The notes: generated from the sequence alone by a model not told the origin. 46,347 nucleotides of DNA from an uncultured Sediminibacterium sp. (GCA_937907555.1 CALEST010000302.1:1-46347); one strand, 5' to 3'; positions 20,274 to 30,529 are shown, counted from the first letter of the stretch. Made by a program: numbers and translations.

Positions 20274-20975
20274 GTGGTCAGAAAAATCTGGAAGAAAACC
20301 AAACGCATCCTTTGGATACTTTTTTTGAGCTCCCTTATTTATACCATTCTTTGCAGATGGGTTATGCCGCCAGTTACCATGACTCAAATAGCCAATGCAT
20401 TCGGATATGGACTCAAACGAGACTATATTTCCTGGAATCAAATCAATTATTCCGTAAAGCTGGCAGCAATTGCCAGTGAAGACCAGGTATTTCCAGATCA
20501 TAGTGGTTTTGACTGGGATGCCATTGAAAAGAGCATCAAGCCAAAAAAGAAAAATAAAAAAACCAGAATACCCTTGGGTGGAGGGGCAAGTACCATTACG
20601 CAACAAACAGCCAAGAATGTTTTTTTATGGCAGGGAGGATCCATCACCAAGTTTATTCGCAAAATACCAGAGCTGTATTTCACTGTATTAATAGAATGGG
20701 TCTGGGGCAAAGAACGAATTCTTGAAGTATACCTGAATGTGATTGAAATGGGTCCGGGTATTTTTGGTATCCAGGCTGCTTCCAGGCATTATTTCAAAAA
20801 AGATGCTTCACAATTAACCAGGGCTGAAGCCGCTATGATTATTGCTTCATTGCCTAATCCGAAAAAATTCTTGGTGAAACCCATGAGCCGCAGGGTTGCC
20901 TGGCGCTATCCTCAAATTCTTAAACAGATGAATAATATTGAGGGTGATGATGACATTAAAGCACTATTACGATAA
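20274..20975 (+). CDS. mtgA: Monofunctional peptidoglycan transglycosylase
   Basis: ASEDQ.F..H.GFD, GASTITQQTAKN, RK..E, KERILEVYLN, LPNP. Confidence 0.93.
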   Translation: MVRKIWKKTKRILWILFLSSLIYTILCRWVMPPVTMTQIANAFGYGLKRDYISWNQINYSVKLAAIASEDQVFPDHSGFDWDAIEKSIKPKKKNKKTRIPLGGGASTITQQTAKNVFLWQGGSITKFIRKIPELYFTVLIEWVWGKERILEVYLNVIEMGPGIFGIQAASRHYFKKDASQLTRAEAAMIIASLPNPKKFLVKPMSRRVAWRYPQILKQMNNIEGDDDIKALLR

Positions 20976-21515
20976 TTGCAGAAACTGATTGGTTGCTTCT
21001 ATTGCAGCAGCAGTTCTTTCTGTATTTGTTCCGCTGATCAAAGCCCAGGGTGCCGGCTGGTTGATTAATAAGTCTTTGTAAATGGAAAACAATTCCTGTC
21101 TGGGTTTTTCATCAGGATATTCTCTTAGTTCATCTTTCACCCAGGGCAGATCTATATTACAAAGTAAATAACCGTCGTATTTTCTTTTAATAATGGTATC
21201 CAGAATAAAAAAATCACAGGTTCCGAAAACATATTCACTCCAAACCTTCATTACATACATATCTGTATCAACAAACAAAAGAGATCGCTTATTTTCCTCC
21301 TGCACTTTTCGGGTGAATTCATCTTCCAGTTTCAATTGCCCTTTTGCAATCGTTAATAAATCAGCCGCGGTATAATCGGTTCCGTTTTGCAGCAGGTATT
21401 CTCTTGCATATTCAGGGCACCATAAGGTTTGGTAATGTTGAGCAAGCGCTTTGCTCAATGTACTCTTACCCGTACTTTCCGGACCTATGATGACTATTTT
21501 TTTAATTTCCTGCAT
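20967..21515 (-). CDS. NadR-type ribosylnicotinamide kinase-like AAA domain protein
   Basis: GPESTGKST, EYAREY, FVDT, PWVKD.LR; coupled to pnuC. Confidence 0.85.
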   Translation of the reverse strand: MQEIKKIVIIGPESTGKSTLSKALAQHYQTLWCPEYAREYLLQNGTDYTAADLLTIAKGQLKLEDEFTRKVQEENKRSLLFVDTDMYVMKVWSEYVFGTCDFFILDTIIKRKYDGYLLCNIDLPWVKDELREYPDEKPRQELFSIYKDLLINQPAPWALISGTNTERTAAAIEATNQFLQLS

Positions 21516-22134
21516 GACCGGCTTTTTTCCGCCAGCTAATTAAACCGGCAATCGCTAAAATCAGTAATACCACAAATTGCACACTGGTAAATACATATCC
21601 TTTCATAAAGTATAACGGAATGGAAGCAATATTTGTTGCTATCCACCAATACCAGCTCTCTACTTTTTTCCTTGCCATTAACCACATACCTGTGTAGGCA
21701 GTTGCACTGGCAAATGCATCTGCCCATGGGATGGCTTCCGGAGCAAAGGAAACCTGAAGTTGTTGCAGGGAAAAAAACAATAAAGCATAAAACAAACCAA
21801 AGAAGAAAACCTGCTCTGCCCATTCTTTGGACGAACTGAATTGAATTTTCAACACTTTTTCCTTCGTATGATTGTTTTTCTTCGACCACAATATCCAGCC
21901 ATAAATACTCATAATTGTATAATACAAATTCACGCTGGCTTCCCCGTATAAATGTCCCTTAACGCTGAGGTAGATATAAATGGTTGTATTGATTAACCCA
22001 ATGGGATAAACCCAGATATTTTCTTTTCTGCTAAACCATACACTGCCTATTCCTGCAAAGACGGCAATGAATTCCAAAATACCGGTTTCTTGTATTCCGG
22101 TAATAAACGCATCATACACCTGGGGTATCGTCAT
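21502..22134 (-). CDS. pnuC: Nicotinamide riboside transporter PnuC
   Basis: YGW..W, PWADAF, WLMARKKVESW.WWI..N. Confidence 0.9.
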   Translation of the reverse strand: MTIPQVYDAFITGIQETGILEFIAVFAGIGSVWFSRKENIWVYPIGLINTTIYIYLSVKGHLYGEASVNLYYTIMSIYGWILWSKKNNHTKEKVLKIQFSSSKEWAEQVFFFGLFYALLFFSLQQLQVSFAPEAIPWADAFASATAYTGMWLMARKKVESWYWWIATNIASIPLYFMKGYVFTSVQFVVLLILAIAGLISWRKKAGHAGN

Positions 22135-23651
22135 TACTGTTGATTTCTGGTAAAATAAAAAATAGAACCGTCCTTAAATTGCCATTCGCTTGTTTGATGA
22201 TAATGTTTACGAATAAAAGCATCATCTATCAGGTCCTCGTTTTTTCCGTAGACAAACCAAACCAGATAAATATGGGGAGTTTTAAGAAAGTCTCTGATTT
22301 CCGAAGGAATATCTTTATGGGGTAAAGGATTGGCTTTCATATCAGCCAGAAAAAATACGGCATCATTGGCATTGGAATAAATAGGTGCCTGGTATTGCTG
22401 ATGATGACTTTTCATGAACTTTAGTAGCGGAGAACTTTTCCAGTGCATATCTGTGTAGCCGGGAATACCAGCATAACCAATGCCTTCCCAATTAAAAGCA
22501 TGAGTCTGATAATGGTAATGGGCGCCCGCGGAATATCCACTTAAAAACAATGCTACAACCAGCCATTTTTTATACTGCCTGTTTTGGGTTATTCTCTTAT
22601 AAAAAAAGCAGGCAATTAAAATAAGGATTGGAATATAAAGAGGAATTAATAACCGGCTGCTCAGGGTTTCGAAACGGGAAACACTAGCAATAAATAACAT
22701 GAATCCCCCATACACAAGAGTGAACAGGCTGATGATGGTAACCGGACTATTGTAAAACTGCTGCTGTATAAATCGGAAACCCAACAGTACAACAATCAGT
22801 AACAGCAAAAGGGTTCCGAAGATTATTAAAAGACTTTGATTTTCAGCATTGCCTAACGGGAACCAATATCCCAGCACATTTAAAAAATCTTCAAGGTTAG
22901 AAGTGAATGATTTAAGTGAAGTCTGACGTACCCCGGCAATGGTATCGGTAACCCAATAGTTTCTTAAGGTATTCAACAAGGGTAAGCTGGACCCTGTTAT
23001 TCCAAAAAAAAGGGCATGCTTTAATTTTAACTGCCAGTTGAATCTTGCATTAAACAGGATTACAATGCCACCTGTAATGATCCAGGTAACGCCCACGTAG
23101 CGAACCATGCAGGTGAAACTAACTATAAGAGCTGCCCATAGCAACCAGGACAGGGAATTGGTTTTCAGGTAGCGCAAAAAGGCAATCACAAAAAACAATC
23201 CCAAAACAAGAAATACTGTTTCGGACCATAACATCGAGTATACTTCCAGGATGCCGGGATTGCTCAGAATGAATAGTAGAATCAACAGTCTGAAACCACC
23301 TGATTGTATACCGCATTCAGTTAGTAAAAAGCTGACTGCATAGAGTGCCGATGCAAGCAGGAAGGCGTTTAAACAGGGGGCTAAGATTAACAGGTTTGCT
23401 CCCGACACCATTTTGATGGCTCCCAATAAAAAAGGATAACCCAATGGAAAATTCACCAGCGGGAGATTGTTGTAATCCGAAAAACGAAATGAACCGGCAA
23501 AATGATCAGCCGTACTTAAATAAGCTACCGAGTCCGGAGAAATACCGATTCCCCCTTTTGAAGTATAAAAAGCAATCCAGATACAACCCACTGCAGACGC
23601 CAGCATGGCATCCCAATGACGGAGCAATAAATGTTGTATGATTTGCTTCAT
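22134..23651 (-). CDS. Polytopic membrane protein, GT-C/ArnT-PMT-like glycosyltransferase
   Basis: SPDSVAY after TM1, FPLGYP, LWSE, RYVG, R..IP; about 12 TM segments. ATG 23651 preferred as start. Confidence 0.65.
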   Translation of the reverse strand: MKQIIQHLLLRHWDAMLASAVGCIWIAFYTSKGGIGISPDSVAYLSTADHFAGSFRFSDYNNLPLVNFPLGYPFLLGAIKMVSGANLLILAPCLNAFLLASALYAVSFLLTECGIQSGGFRLLILLFILSNPGILEVYSMLWSETVFLVLGLFFVIAFLRYLKTNSLSWLLWAALIVSFTCMVRYVGVTWIITGGIVILFNARFNWQLKLKHALFFGITGSSLPLLNTLRNYWVTDTIAGVRQTSLKSFTSNLEDFLNVLGYWFPLGNAENQSLLIIFGTLLLLLIVVLLGFRFIQQQFYNSPVTIISLFTLVYGGFMLFIASVSRFETLSSRLLIPLYIPILILIACFFYKRITQNRQYKKWLVVALFLSGYSAGAHYHYQTHAFNWEGIGYAGIPGYTDMHWKSSPLLKFMKSHHQQYQAPIYSNANDAVFFLADMKANPLPHKDIPSEIRDFLKTPHIYLVWFVYGKNEDLIDDAFIRKHYHQTSEWQFKDGSIFYFTRNQQ

Positions 23652-23679
23652 GTAATGCAAGATAATGCACTACAAAGGT

Positions 23680-24279
23680 TTATTCAGCTTCTGCTACTAC
23701 TTCTTTCACTTCAGGAATCATTCTCTTCATCATGCCTTCGATACCTGCTTTTAGGGTAATCATAGAAGAGGGACAACCGGAACAAGAACCTTGCAACATT
23801 AAGTTTACAACTCCGTCGTTATAACTTTTAAACTGAATGGCACCGCCATCCATTTCAACTGCAGGCTTTACATAGTTTTCCAACAATTCCTTTACACGCT
23901 TCACGATATCATCATCGTCTGCACTTACGGTATTGCTGGCTTCCTGTTTTACCTTAGCAACTTCTTCTTCGTTAACTACCACTCCACCGTTTTCAAGGTA
24001 TTGTTTTAAAAATTCCTTAATGGTAGGAATCACATCCTGCCAGTCTTCTGTATCGGCGGTCTTGGTAAGGGTAATAAAATTACTTGCTATGAAAACGCTC
24101 TTGATAAAAGGGAAACTAAACAATTCCTTTGCCAGCGGCGAGGGTGCCGATAGGGTTTCATCTGCAAAATCAATGCTTTTTCCAGGATATAAAAGCTTGT
24201 TGGCTACAAACTTCATTGTCTCTGGATTTGGAGTCATTTCTGTATAAATGCTGATGACAGGGTTGCCAGTCGTTATCAT
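23680..24279 (-). CDS. Nfu/NifU-like Fe-S cluster carrier
   Basis: TPNP..MKF N-terminal domain; DGG.I and GSCSGC C-terminal domain; TAAATTTG -7 box at 24310-24317. Confidence 0.92.
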   Translation of the reverse strand: MITTGNPVISIYTEMTPNPETMKFVANKLLYPGKSIDFADETLSAPSPLAKELFSFPFIKSVFIASNFITLTKTADTEDWQDVIPTIKEFLKQYLENGGVVVNEEEVAKVKQEASNTVSADDDDIVKRVKELLENYVKPAVEMDGGAIQFKSYNDGVVNLMLQGSCSGCPSSMITLKAGIEGMMKRMIPEVKEVVAEAE

Positions 24280-24472
24280 GGTATGCGTATTTTAAATGTG
24301 AATCAGGTACAAATTTAAAACAAAAGGATGGGAGGGAAAGTTCAAAGCACCTAGTTTAACGGTTTGTCCGTCTTATTTTTCGGATATCGTAAGTAAAGCC
24401 AATAAACCGACAAATTTTACGTTATCAGTAATGCATTTCGCCTTTTTTGAAGAGCAGCTAATGAAATAACCC

Positions 24473-25702
24473 ATGCGAAACCTAGTCTTTTTATGTATCT
24501 GGATGGTGTTTTCAAGCCAATTAAAGGCTCAGACCGATCCTTTTTTGCTTGGAATGACCCTGGGCGGGGGTGAAATCAATGAAAATCAATTGCCCGGCCA
24601 GCTGAATGAACATTACCAATATCCAACAGAGGAAGAAGTTGACTATTATTATCAAAAGGGATTCAGGTTAATCACCATTCCATTTAGATGGGAGCGGGTA
24701 CAAAAAAATCTGGGTGGGGATCTGGATTATGGTGAAATCGGGGAAATCCGTAAAGTGGTAACCTGGGCTTCGAATCGGAATATGCAGGTAATTCTTTCCA
24801 TGTACAACAGCGGCAGGTACCGAAAGTATGGAGTGGATTATATTGTAGGGTCTTATTCGGTAAGCAGACAGGATTTTGCAGATTGCTGGAATAAAATTGC
24901 CAATGCTTTTGCAGGATACCCCAATATTTATGGCTACAACTTAATGTCTGAGCCACATGATATGCAGGCTTTTGACTGGCAGACTACTGCACAGTGGGCC
25001 ATTAGTTCCATACGACAGGCAGATCGCAGAAGCCGTATTATTATTTCCGGAAATAACTATGCAGCTGCGGAAAGCTGGCCTGATTATTCGGATGCCTTAA
25101 AATACCTGAATGATCCTCAGGACAAGCTGGTGTACAATGCACATTGTTATTTCGACAACGACTTCACCGGAAAGTATTTGTTTTCCTACGACCAGAATCA
25201 GGCCTGGGATTCAACAGGTATACAAAGGGCAATGCCATTTGTACAGTGGCTGAAGCAACACAATAAAAGAGGAATGATTGGCCAGTTTGGGGTACCGGAT
25301 ACGGATGCACGCTGGTTAAATATCATGGACAAATTCCTTCAATATTTAAAATCAGAAAATGTAACTGCGCAGTACGGTTCATCCGGAAAAAAACTTTCGG
25401 GTAATCCGGTAAGCACATATCCGTTGGCCAATGTAGAACGTCCACAGATAAAAGCACTGCAGTCTTTTCTGGATGCTTCCGCATTTTCCAATAAACCCTG
25501 GGTTGAAAAAACAGAAACGGTTTCCAATAACGATGCTGCAAAAAAAACAGAAGTGGAAACACCGCAGGAGCCACCCTCTTCCTTTTTGTTTTTACCTGGA
25601 ACGGTTTTGCTGCCTCAGCCTAACGGTGGTTTATATAAACCAACCATTAAGTCGAATATCCGTGAAAAATCAGTAAGAACAGCGAAATACCGTAACCCTT
25701 AG
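24473..25702 (+). CDS. Secreted GH5-fold protein with degenerate active site
   Basis: Signal peptide; endoglucanase-like PFRWERVQ, LMSEPH, H.Y.D. The nucleophile motif reads GQFG instead of GEFG. Confidence 0.85.
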   Translation: MRNLVFLCIWMVFSSQLKAQTDPFLLGMTLGGGEINENQLPGQLNEHYQYPTEEEVDYYYQKGFRLITIPFRWERVQKNLGGDLDYGEIGEIRKVVTWASNRNMQVILSMYNSGRYRKYGVDYIVGSYSVSRQDFADCWNKIANAFAGYPNIYGYNLMSEPHDMQAFDWQTTAQWAISSIRQADRRSRIIISGNNYAAAESWPDYSDALKYLNDPQDKLVYNAHCYFDNDFTGKYLFSYDQNQAWDSTGIQRAMPFVQWLKQHNKRGMIGQFGVPDTDARWLNIMDKFLQYLKSENVTAQYGSSGKKLSGNPVSTYPLANVERPQIKALQSFLDASAFSNKPWVEKTETVSNNDAAKKTEVETPQEPPSSFLFLPGTVLLPQPNGGLYKPTIKSNIREKSVRTAKYRNP

Positions 25703-25718
25703 TTCTCTCTTCAACGGC

Positions 25719-28067
25719 TTAGGAAACAATTCTCAGCTTAGCGTAATTCAACATGATTTTCTTTTCTCCGTTAACGCCAAAATCAATGGTCGCAACCGGA
25801 TTATGAGCCGACCCTTCCATTGATTTTACAATACCAAAACCAAATTTCTGGTGTTCTACTTTTTGGCCGGCTTCTAAATTAGAAGTATCGCTGGGAGTAA
25901 AATCGGGTGATGGAATATGCGCCACTACTTTGGGTGCCAGCGGTTGAATGGGCATGTATTCAGGCTTGCTTCCTGCCGGTTTTTTAGCAGGTGGCGGACC
26001 ATATTTCTGTGCAGCCTGTTGAGCAGAAGAGCCAAAACCCCTGTTCATTCTTTCAAAAGCCGATCCCCACTGTGAGGAGCCATGATTTCTGGCACCCCCG
26101 CCTGCATAGGATTTATCAATAGATTCTTCCGGCATTTCTTCTATAAAACGGCTGGGTTCATTTTGTACCAGTTGACCAAAACGATATCTTGAATTGGCAT
26201 AGGTTAACCAAAGTCTTTCTTTTGCCCTGGTTACAGCTACATAAAACAATCTTCTTTCTTCTTCCAGTTCTTCCCTGGTATTAATGCTCATTGCACTTGG
26301 AAATAAAGTCTCTTCCACCCCACCCACAAATACACATCCGAACTCAAGACCCTTAGCTGCGTGAATGGTCATCAGTTTAACCACGTCATTATTTTCTTTG
26401 TCGTCATCTGCATCGGTTAACAGTGTAATCTGCTGCAGATAGGATCCCAATGATTTATCACCCAATTCTCCATCATCATTACTTGGACTTTCTGTCCATT
26501 CTTTGATAGAGTTGAACAACTCCTGCACGTTTTCGTATCTGGCAAGTCCTTCGGTGGTTTTATCATTGAAGAGTTCTTTTACCAGGTTCGTATGTTTGCC
26601 CACCTGTGTAGCCACATCAAAAGCATTATTATTGGTCAGCATACTTTGGAAATAGCGGATCATGGTAGCAAAATTTTGTAATGCTTCCAGTGTTCCTGCT
26701 CTAAAACCAAATTCACCTGCCCTTACAACCACATTAAATACCGGGATATTTTGTTCATTAGCAATGATGACTAATTTTTCAATCGTCGTTTTTCCAATAC
26801 CTCTTACCGGATAATTGATGATTCTTTTTAGTGCTTCTTCATCATTGGTATTTACAATTACTCTTAAGTATGCAAGCAAATCTTTGATTTCCTTGCGTTG
26901 ATAGAAACTTACACCACCGTAAATACGGTAGGCTATTCCCATTTTTCTCAGACTTTCTTCAAAAGATCGGCTCTGCGCATTGGTTCTGTAAAGAATGGCA
27001 AAGTCTTTATTGTAATAATGATTGCGGAGTTTTTGTTCCTGTATTGTGTCTGCAACAAATTTCCCTTCTTCATTATCGGTTAGTGTTCGTACTAATTTTA
27101 TTTTTTCACCTTCCTGGTTTTCAGTCCAGAGATTTTTAGGAATTTGTCCTTTGTTGTTTTTAATAACCTGATTGGCAACCTTTAAAATCTGCTGGCTGCT
27201 TCGGTAATTCTGTTCCAGTTTAACCACTTTAACATCATCGTAGTCTTTCTGGAATTGTAAAATATTTTCAATCGTTGCACCCCGGAAACTATAGATGCTC
27301 TGTGCATCATCACCCACTACACAAATGTTTTCATGGGCAGCAGCCAAGAGTTTACTAATCTGATACTGAACCGGATTCGTATCCTGGTACTCATCAATCA
27401 GCAGGTATTTAAATTTGTGCTGATACTTGTGCAATGCTTCTGGAAAATTATTCAGCAACTCATACATTTTCAACAAGAGATCATCAAAGTCCATTGCTCC
27501 ATTCTTAAAACAACGTTTGGCATAAGCGGCATATACCTGAGCAATAGCAGGACGGTTGGCTCTGGCATCTTCCTGTTGAATGGCATAGTCTGTTGCATAT
27601 TCTGCAGGTCCCACCAATGCGTTCTTTGCAGAAGAAATACGGTTGCCCACAATATTGGGCTTGTAATGTTTATCGTCTAAATGTAATTCGTTGATTACTG
27701 TTTTTAATACAGATCGGCTATCATCAGTATCGTAAATGGTGAAATTACTGGGGTACCCCAATTTCTGAGCTTCTGCCCTTAAAATACGTGCAAACACGCT
27801 GTGAAAAGTACCTACATAGAGGTTTCTGGCTTCTGAGTTACCAAGAATTTTTTCAATTCTTTCCTTCATTTCAGCAGCAGCCTTATTGGTAAATGTAAGC
27901 GCTAATATATTGAAAGCATCTACGCCATTTGCCATCAGATGAGCAATACGAGTAGTAAGTACTTTGGTTTTTCCGCTTCCTGCACCGGCCACAATCATCA
28001 GTGGTCCCTTAATATGAGTGACTGCTTCTCTTTGAGAGTCGTTTAATCCATTCAAATAATCCTGCAT
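25719..28067 (-). CDS. uvrD: UvrD/PcrA superfamily 1 DNA helicase
   Basis: AGAGSGKT, TFTNKAA, DEYQD, GDDAQSIY.FRGA, EQNYRS, TIHAAKGLEF, YVAVTRA; C-terminal Tudor-like H.KFG.G. ATG 28067 preferred as start. Confidence 0.95.
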   Translation of the reverse strand: MQDYLNGLNDSQREAVTHIKGPLMIVAGAGSGKTKVLTTRIAHLMANGVDAFNILALTFTNKAAAEMKERIEKILGNSEARNLYVGTFHSVFARILRAEAQKLGYPSNFTIYDTDDSRSVLKTVINELHLDDKHYKPNIVGNRISSAKNALVGPAEYATDYAIQQEDARANRPAIAQVYAAYAKRCFKNGAMDFDDLLLKMYELLNNFPEALHKYQHKFKYLLIDEYQDTNPVQYQISKLLAAAHENICVVGDDAQSIYSFRGATIENILQFQKDYDDVKVVKLEQNYRSSQQILKVANQVIKNNKGQIPKNLWTENQEGEKIKLVRTLTDNEEGKFVADTIQEQKLRNHYYNKDFAILYRTNAQSRSFEESLRKMGIAYRIYGGVSFYQRKEIKDLLAYLRVIVNTNDEEALKRIINYPVRGIGKTTIEKLVIIANEQNIPVFNVVVRAGEFGFRAGTLEALQNFATMIRYFQSMLTNNNAFDVATQVGKHTNLVKELFNDKTTEGLARYENVQELFNSIKEWTESPSNDDGELGDKSLGSYLQQITLLTDADDDKENNDVVKLMTIHAAKGLEFGCVFVGGVEETLFPSAMSINTREELEEERRLFYVAVTRAKERLWLTYANSRYRFGQLVQNEPSRFIEEMPEESIDKSYAGGGARNHGSSQWGSAFERMNRGFGSSAQQAAQKYGPPPAKKPAGSKPEYMPIQPLAPKVVAHIPSPDFTPSDTSNLEAGQKVEHQKFGFGIVKSMEGSAHNPVATIDFGVNGEKKIMLNYAKLRIVS

Positions 28068-28096
28068 ACAAATCAATTCAGGTGCAAGATACTCTC

Positions 28097-30508
28097 TTAA
28101 CCTGTTTTATTGGGGTGAATTCCCGTATAATGAAGAATAAGTTTAAATAATTCTGAAGGGATAAAAGGTTTTACTACTATATCGTTAATGCCGGTATTTT
28201 TAATCCGGTCTTCTATTTCCCGTGGTAGGCTGGCAGTAAGGGCAATAATGGGAGTTTTTACTCCTCTTTCCCTTAAAATCCTGGTAGCTTCATACCCATC
28301 CATTATGGGCATATGCATATCCATTAGAACAATACTGTGTTTTTGTTCATCAAAAAGCTGAATAGCTTCCTGACCGTTTTGTGCAATGTCTATTGAAGCC
28401 CCCCATTTGCTTAAAAATGTTTTGGCAACCAGAATATTAACCTCGTTGTCTTCTACCAGTAAAACGGTTTTACCCTTTAATGGTTTCGTTTCTTCAGCCG
28501 GCATTTCATGAACAACTTCTTCTTGCTGAACAACCTGAGTAGGTAAAATAGGGTAACTAATTTCAAAATAGAAACATGATCCCTTGTTGGGTTCACTTTT
28601 TAATTTTAGTTCCGCTCCTTGTAATGCCAGTAATTTTTTACTGATGGCCAGCCCAAGACCGGTACCTCCAAAATTTCTGGAAGTACTATTATCTGCCTGC
28701 GTGAATTGCTCAAAAATCAATTGTTGTTTTTCCTGTGCAATTCCAATTCCGGTATCTTCTACTTCTATTAATAACCGGAGCCTCAATTCGTCTCTGCTGA
28801 GGACGGACATTTTCAAAGCCACATGCCCTTTCTTGGTAAATTTAATTGCGTTGTGAATCAGGTTTCCGATAATCTGGCTGGTTCTGGTAGGGTCTCCGAT
28901 AACTTTTACATTCAGCCCATCGTCCAAGACCAGTTTCAAAGCAATACCTTTCTCTTTTGCCAGTGTTCCAAATCCTGCAACCAGATTTTCAGAAATGGTT
29001 TTCAAATCCATTTCAATGGTTTCAAATCCTATTTTTCCCGCTTCAATTTTATTGAAATCCAGAATATCATTAACTATAGACAATAAGTTTTTGGCTGAAA
29101 ACAGCAACACATTCAGTTGTTCTTTTTGTTCATCTGATGGCTTCTCCATGAGCATAATATTGGTCATACCCAGAATAGAATTCAAAGGAGTTCTTATTTC
29201 ATGCGACATGGTGCTCAGGAAATCATTTTTTGCTTTCAGCCCCATCTCTGCCTGTTTTTTAGCTTCTTTTAATGTAAAGGCAAACCGGTGAGAAAGAATT
29301 AATGACTGACAAAAGAAAAAACTGATATATCCAAAGAACAGAACAAATCTTGGTGGCTGAATAACATTGAAGTATTTCAGGTTAATCAGTATAAAAATGA
29401 TTAATAAAATTCCTGTACTTAACAGTGCGTATTTGGCTCCCAGTTTTTTATTAAAATATGCTTTGATATAAATATAAAAAGCATGAGCAATAACCGTAAA
29501 CATAACAATCAGAAAGGGATTCAACAACCGGCTAAATATGCTCGGCGGAAACAATAGTACAGTTAAACAAAGCAATCCGGCCATAATGGCTTCTATTCTG
29601 ATTAACCATATATTGGTCTCTTCCGGAAATAAATACTTGGTGTAAAACATAAAGAAAATAACACTGACAAATAAGCTCAGGTATTCCAGGTGAACCCCGA
29701 TTATCCATGGATAATTGGGAAATAAACTGTGGAGTACATAATTATCTGAGCCAACAATCCGATAACTATAGGCGATACAGAATAAAGAAAAATATAAAAT
29801 GACTTTGTCGTGTTTCCCAAAGTAAAAAAGCCCAATGAAAAATAGCCCTCCCATTAAAATAGCCCCCGCCAACATCAAATCAAAACCATCTTCTGAAGCT
29901 TTTTCAGCTGTTAATTGTGTGGTGCTTCCGATAACAATGGGTTTATAGGGTCCCCCTTTTGAATGCCTGAAATTGGCAATCTGAAGTACCATTGAAACCG
30001 TATCTGTAACCGGAAGCGTAACAACTTGTTCAACCCATTTCTCTACCGTTGTTTCCTTTGTTTTTCCCGGCTTCCCAGCAGCTGCAAAAGGCTTACTATT
30101 CAGAAAAAGTTGAAACGAACAATAGGTGTCTGGAAGCTGTATAGAGAGGTCATTTTGTTTTTCAGGATCCAGTAAAATTTTCAGGGTATACGTTGCAAAT
30201 CCCTTAGCTGGAAGTGGCTGATTATTTAACAGGGTGTTGTCCCACCTTTCTGGAAAATAAGTGAAGACCTCAGGATGGGTGCTGATCTCTTCCGGCTTTA
30301 GTAATTGATTCCAGTAAAATCCCCAGTTGCCGTTCAATGCAAAAGGTTGTCTCTCTAAATTTGCTTTTCTTAAGTCAATAATTCCTTTTTCAATTGTCTG
30401 AGCCTGTGCAAAAGAATTCAGTACTGTAAACAAGAACAGCAGAACAATGTAGGATATAGGTAATGGCCTTCTTGATCTACAAGACATGGATTTTAATTGA
30501 CAATTCAA
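28097..30508 (-). CDS. Hybrid sensor kinase: extracellular sugar-binding-like domain, 7TM-DISM, HisKA/HATPase, receiver
   Basis: LNGNWGFYWNQLL, 7 TM helices, SHEIRTPLN, NAIKFT, DTGIGI, GGTGLGL, LMDMHMP. Start may be ATG 30487. Confidence 0.9.
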   Translation of the reverse strand: MNCQLKSMSCRSRRPLPISYIVLLFLFTVLNSFAQAQTIEKGIIDLRKANLERQPFALNGNWGFYWNQLLKPEEISTHPEVFTYFPERWDNTLLNNQPLPAKGFATYTLKILLDPEKQNDLSIQLPDTYCSFQLFLNSKPFAAAGKPGKTKETTVEKWVEQVVTLPVTDTVSMVLQIANFRHSKGGPYKPIVIGSTTQLTAEKASEDGFDLMLAGAILMGGLFFIGLFYFGKHDKVILYFSLFCIAYSYRIVGSDNYVLHSLFPNYPWIIGVHLEYLSLFVSVIFFMFYTKYLFPEETNIWLIRIEAIMAGLLCLTVLLFPPSIFSRLLNPFLIVMFTVIAHAFYIYIKAYFNKKLGAKYALLSTGILLIIFILINLKYFNVIQPPRFVLFFGYISFFFCQSLILSHRFAFTLKEAKKQAEMGLKAKNDFLSTMSHEIRTPLNSILGMTNIMLMEKPSDEQKEQLNVLLFSAKNLLSIVNDILDFNKIEAGKIGFETIEMDLKTISENLVAGFGTLAKEKGIALKLVLDDGLNVKVIGDPTRTSQIIGNLIHNAIKFTKKGHVALKMSVLSRDELRLRLLIEVEDTGIGIAQEKQQLIFEQFTQADNSTSRNFGGTGLGLAISKKLLALQGAELKLKSEPNKGSCFYFEISYPILPTQVVQQEEVVHEMPAEETKPLKGKTVLLVEDNEVNILVAKTFLSKWGASIDIAQNGQEAIQLFDEQKHSIVLMDMHMPIMDGYEATRILRERGVKTPIIALTASLPREIEDRIKNTGINDIVVKPFIPSELFKLILHYTGIHPNKTG

Positions 30509-30529
30509 TTTATGATTAAAATTTTACAT

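Noticed and set aside
24363-24414. Imperfect inverted repeat TTTGTCCGT / ACCGACAAA upstream of the GH5-like gene
   Set aside because: Only 8/9 match with a long spacer; not distinguishable from chance without comparative data.
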